Below, piece after piece: positions 60,201-64,000 of a stretch of DNA of 64,000 nucleotides (positions are counted from its first letter, which is position 1; every line of letters begins with the position of its first letter). The stretch is from Macrostomum lignano (Eukaryota): positions 1 through 64,000 of the forward strand of contig NIVC01000281.1 in the NCBI GenBank assembly GCA_002269645.1, read 5' to 3'. Both the position numbers and the translations under genes were made by a program. The notes under the pieces were generated by a model that was not told where the DNA came from, searched no databases, and saw only the letters and a list, made by a program, of their open reading frames with translations.

Positions 60201-63200
60201 AACAAATTCATTGTTAACATTAATGACAATGTCAATGACCAAAGATGCAAAAAACAGCAAAATATATGTTCAACAAAAAGTTACAACATTACAAATATAT
60301 TTAAATTTACCTAAATGCCTAATTAAACTCTTTGTTTATGACAATGATCATGAAAATTAAACAACTTCTTAATAATGAACTTTTATAATAAATTAAAGTT
60401 GTGAGCTTTATTGCTAAGTAAGTTACATTTACTGTATGCTTACTTTTAATAATATTATACAATATGCATACAAGTTTTTAGATTATTTTTATTACCTTTT
60501 TAGCCTGTAAATTGCTTGGATGACCTCTGTGTTTTGCTAAAAAAAGATGAAAAAGCAAAGACAGTGTATTATGAAGTCTGTTTAGGAAAAAAATGCAATT
60601 TCTATATTTTATATGTTAACTTTATTAGATTATTGCATATTAATGATTATCAGTTAATTTTCAGCTAACCTAACATAATAACCTGGGTTGGTATGGGTGC
60701 CCAGTTTGGAGTAAAATATGTTATATATAATATAACAGGAGTAGTGACGCTCTGTCTATACGCTCGTACTTTTATGGATATGAGCAGGTGTGATGACACT
60801 TTGCAATAATAGTTCAATCACTCTGGTGTTGTGACACTCAGAGTTCACGCTGCAGCTCAGTCTGGTGAGGTGACACTCTCGAGTACTTCTAGCTTCGATA
60901 CTATAGGTTATACACACTATATAAAGTAACCAGTATAGTACTACAATAATACACAATATACAACACTGCTATGCTGTAGTGGTCACAGTCATAGGCATGA
61001 TAATGCTTTAGCTGTGGAATCACTGCTACAGCAAAGCCTTGGAAAAGCTAAAGAAGCAAACAAACTTGGGGGTCTTATTGGTGCCAGAAACTATGGAGCT
61101 TGTTTGACTATTGCCACCATTTGACTGCTTTATTTGCTCCTAATCAATTGAGTTCTCACAATAAGAGACCATATAGATACAGCTCACTTGAGTATTGCAT
61201 GCAAAATTTAGAGTCTTTGCTATAAGAGACCATCTTTATGGCTCATTTGAATATTGCTAGGTTAGTTTGAAAAGCTAGGCATGGGGCACAGAGCGGAGAG
61301 TAGGGAGCTGGCTGGGCTAGGCTTGAGCACTATATACCAATTAATAGGGTAGAGGGGCAGACAGCGCGAGAGAGACGCCAAACAAAAGAGATGACCCCTC
61401 AGCCAATCAGGATGCCCGCCAAGCAGATCTGATTGACTGTGGGCCAGAAAAGAAAAACACAAAAACACAAGCCTAGCCAATCATTGGCTGTCGCAGGGAA
61501 AGACTCAAGCTCGGCCAAGTGCCCCCCCCCCCAACCAGCCAGAACTGGTCTAGGGATGGCCGCCTAGGGTGCATGCAAAAACAACTCAAAAAGTGCAAGA
61601 GCACTCAACAGGCCAGACACCACATTAACAAAATTAGGAGTTAATAAGTTAAGATTTTTTTGTTTTGATGCTAATGTGTTTGCCATTAACAGAAGTTAAG
61701 ATTTTCATTAATGGTGCCCAACATTGGCTACTACTATGATAATAATGTATTATATAGTTTTGTTTTATAGAAAAAAAAGCAAGTAAGAATTTTTAGAGGC
61801 CACTTTTATCAATAAAATACATTTAAAAAGAGAGGAAGTTTTCATTTTAGCACTAAAAGCAGAAACTCTTGCTAATATTCAATAATTGGCTATAACTATA
61901 GGATACTTTATTTTCTGGCAACTATACTAAAATAGGAACCTATGAAAGTTACAGACTATAGCACAAAATCCAATTTAGTATTGTTTTGGAAAGACAAAAA
62001 ATTATAAAAATAGAATGGAACTACTTATTCATTATTGACACTTTTAACTTAATTTAGGGGGACTTACTGAGATGTCAAAGCTGAGAGGTCAGAAGCTAGA
62101 TGTAGTTTATTTAAAAAAGTATTCCATTCTACAAATATAAATTTTAATTTATATTAAAATTTAAATTTTTTTAACAGGGCTATGCAAATACACATTTTAG
62201 ATCAAAGAACGTCAAGCATATGTGAAGCGAATTCTGGACAGTTTGAATGTACAATATGAAGAGATTGACATATCAGATGACGCCAATGCAGAGCTCAAAG
62301 CTCAGATGCAGACTGCTGCTCGCAGCCATGGCAAGCCTGTGGTGCCACCGCACCTGATGCGAGATGATGCGTACCTAGGCGTGAGTATATTATCAATTCT
62401 ACCCCCCCACTTCCTCCCTCCATGTCCATGTGCTTTCTTGGTTATCTCCAATCAGTTCATTTTTTGATAAGATGTTTTATGTTTTATGTACTCGATTAAT
62501 CTCGTTTTTCTATCTACTTAATTAGTACAAGTATTTTAAGTACTCGTGCACTTATCAGAGATGTACTTTTGTTTTTCCAAGGATGGGGACGACTTCTCTG
62601 AAGCAGTCGAGGTTGACACTGTCGGCGCGTTTCTACAGCTGCCATCAGCTGCGGGCGCTGAGGTGCGTAATGCATGATGGTGCTATCACTGCTATGAGTT
62701 GATGCAATAACAATAGTGCAATGAAGTGATGCAATAGCAATGGGTGCAATGAAGTGATGCAATAGCAATGGGTGCAATGAAATGATGCAATAGCAATGGG
62801 TGCAATGAAATGATGCAATAGCAATGGGTGCAATGAAATGATGCAATAGCAATGGGTGCAATGAAATGATGCAATAGCAATGGGTGCAATGAAATGATGC
62901 AATAGCAATGGGTGCAATGAAATGATGCAATAGCAATGGGTGCAATGAAATGATGCAATAGCAATGGGTGCAATGAAATGATGCAATAGCAATGGGTGCA
63001 ATGAAATGATGCAATAGCAATGGGTGCAATGAAATGATGCAATAGCAATGGGTGCAATGAAGTGATAAAAATAAAGTTTTAGTGTTTTTGTGTGTTTATT
63101 ATGTGTTATTAGTTACTCGTATTATCATACTTCAGCATCAGTTCTGAACTTTTGATCTGCTTTCAGAACGGCAACAAAGACTTGATCAAAAGCGGCGACA

Positions 63201-63223
63201 CTGCCGAGAAAGCTGCGGAATGA
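54211..63223 (+). CDS. SH3BGR/SH3BGRL-family thioredoxin-fold protein
   Basis: Exons 54211-54255 (MSLKLFVSSVSGNMK), 62201-62380 (IKERQAYVKRILDSLNVQYEEIDIS...PVVPPHLMRDDAYLG), 62582-62662 (DGDDFSEAVEVDTVGAFLQL) and 63167-63223 (stop). All junctions are phase 0. Resembles SH3BGR (VYxxSxSG|IKKQQ...PLPPQIFNEEQYCGD). Confidence 0.88.
54366..58555 (-). mobile_element. Internally deleted, non-autonomous Gypsy element (Mag-like) in SH3BGR intron 1
   Basis: 169-bp LTRs at 54366-54534 and 58387-58555 (TGTTGTGT...ACACAACA; one difference seen). 5-bp TSD CCCAT. PPT aagggagagtgaa. PBS-like TGGCATCGCAAGCTAGG (tRNA not assigned). Mag-type Gag (W..WKSLFDNYL...KRALLLHCLG) is frameshifted; knuckle and protease are absent. 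Confidence 0.93.
54761..57466 (-). pseudogene. pol: Degenerate pol (RT, RNase H, integrase) of the Mag-like element
   Basis: RT motif reads YIDN, the first integrase catalytic Asp reads LQLNIFG, and an in-frame TGA at 57490-57488 lies just upstream. Confidence 0.88.
62700..63065 (+). repeat. 28-bp minisatellite in SH3BGR intron 3
   Basis: Unit aatgaaatgatgcaatagcaatgggtgc. Confidence 0.95.
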
Positions 63224-64000
63224 TCGGTTTTAATAATAAGCCGTTGAAGAGTGTCCATCCGAATCTGCTGACTAAGTACTAACGACACTTTATTCGCTTT
63301 TGCCAGTAATTATTATTATTATATTCTACATATTCTAGTTTAAACAGCTAATCAGGAAGGCTTGTAAACTACGGAAATGTCGAATTGTTATTAAATTCCA
63401 AAACGATTTGTTATTGTTGCCAAATTTTAATTTATTTTTTTCCGCGTCATGGTTAGCGTTTGTAATTAGAATTTGTTTAAATCAGTACAGCTCAATTAGA
63501 CAGCTGTTTCGAATGGCCACTCATTAATAATGATTATCCAACGATTTTTATTACTAAAAATCGAATTCTTTTAATTTTGATCTTTTGAAACTAAATTATT
63601 CCAAATAAAGCGAATCCATTGATTCCATTCATTAGAAGGACGATTCCAGCTACTGCTTTCCATATTCCAGCTTTTCAATATTCTATCTGCTGCTTGTACT
63701 AATCTGTTCATTTTACCGAAGCAATATGTTCATGCATATATTTATATTTATTTATACATTCTATTTGTAACCTTAAGATAATAAACTGAGTTTTGATATC
63801 GTTTCCTTAATTAAGATGTGTCTAAAAAGTGTTAATTTTATTTGTAAATTTATCCTGTCTTTAGGCGTCTGTCTGTTGAGCTTATGACGTATCTTACTTA
63901 TTTTTAGTAGCATTTCTTGATATCCGTGACAGCATTTCATAAATCTATGGTTAGTGAGGACTATGGTTAGGCCAAGGCTGGACGTAGCCCAGTGGTCCAG

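Overview
This is eukaryotic genomic DNA with GC-rich exons, GT-AG introns and a different tandem repeat in most introns. A tegumental-allergen-like (EF-hand + dynein light chain) gene points to a flatworm; the style resembles Macrostomum, which is an inference. Host genes reconstructed by hand from splice sites: TAL-like gene (-, 188-1333), divergent hexokinase-fold gene with degenerate ATP motifs (+, 2782-8310), ETS transcription factor (-, 10137-12716), two inverted copies of a PLP class-V Egt2/CefD/LCD-like lyase (-, 27497-32883; +, 41710-44856), a WW-less PCIF1/CAPAM-like NPPF methyltransferase between them (+, 34556-39085), and an SH3BGR-like gene (+, 54211-63223). Mobile elements: a solo LTR in one lyase copy (30421-31501), a young full-length Gypsy element with a cold-shock domain between its Gag zinc knuckle and protease (45085-53239), and an internally deleted Mag-type Gypsy element in SH3BGR intron 1 (54366-58555). 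Region ~12.9-26.9 kb is mostly minisatellite with no gene I can support. Most long ORFs in the supplied track are artefacts of tandem repeats. The strongest leads are the CCHC+CSD Gag, the lyase-methyltransferase-lyase inverted cassette with G-quadruplex-type arrays at its inner junctions, the PCIF1-like enzyme and the pseudo-hexokinase. All family assignments come from motif recognition by eye; no searches were run.
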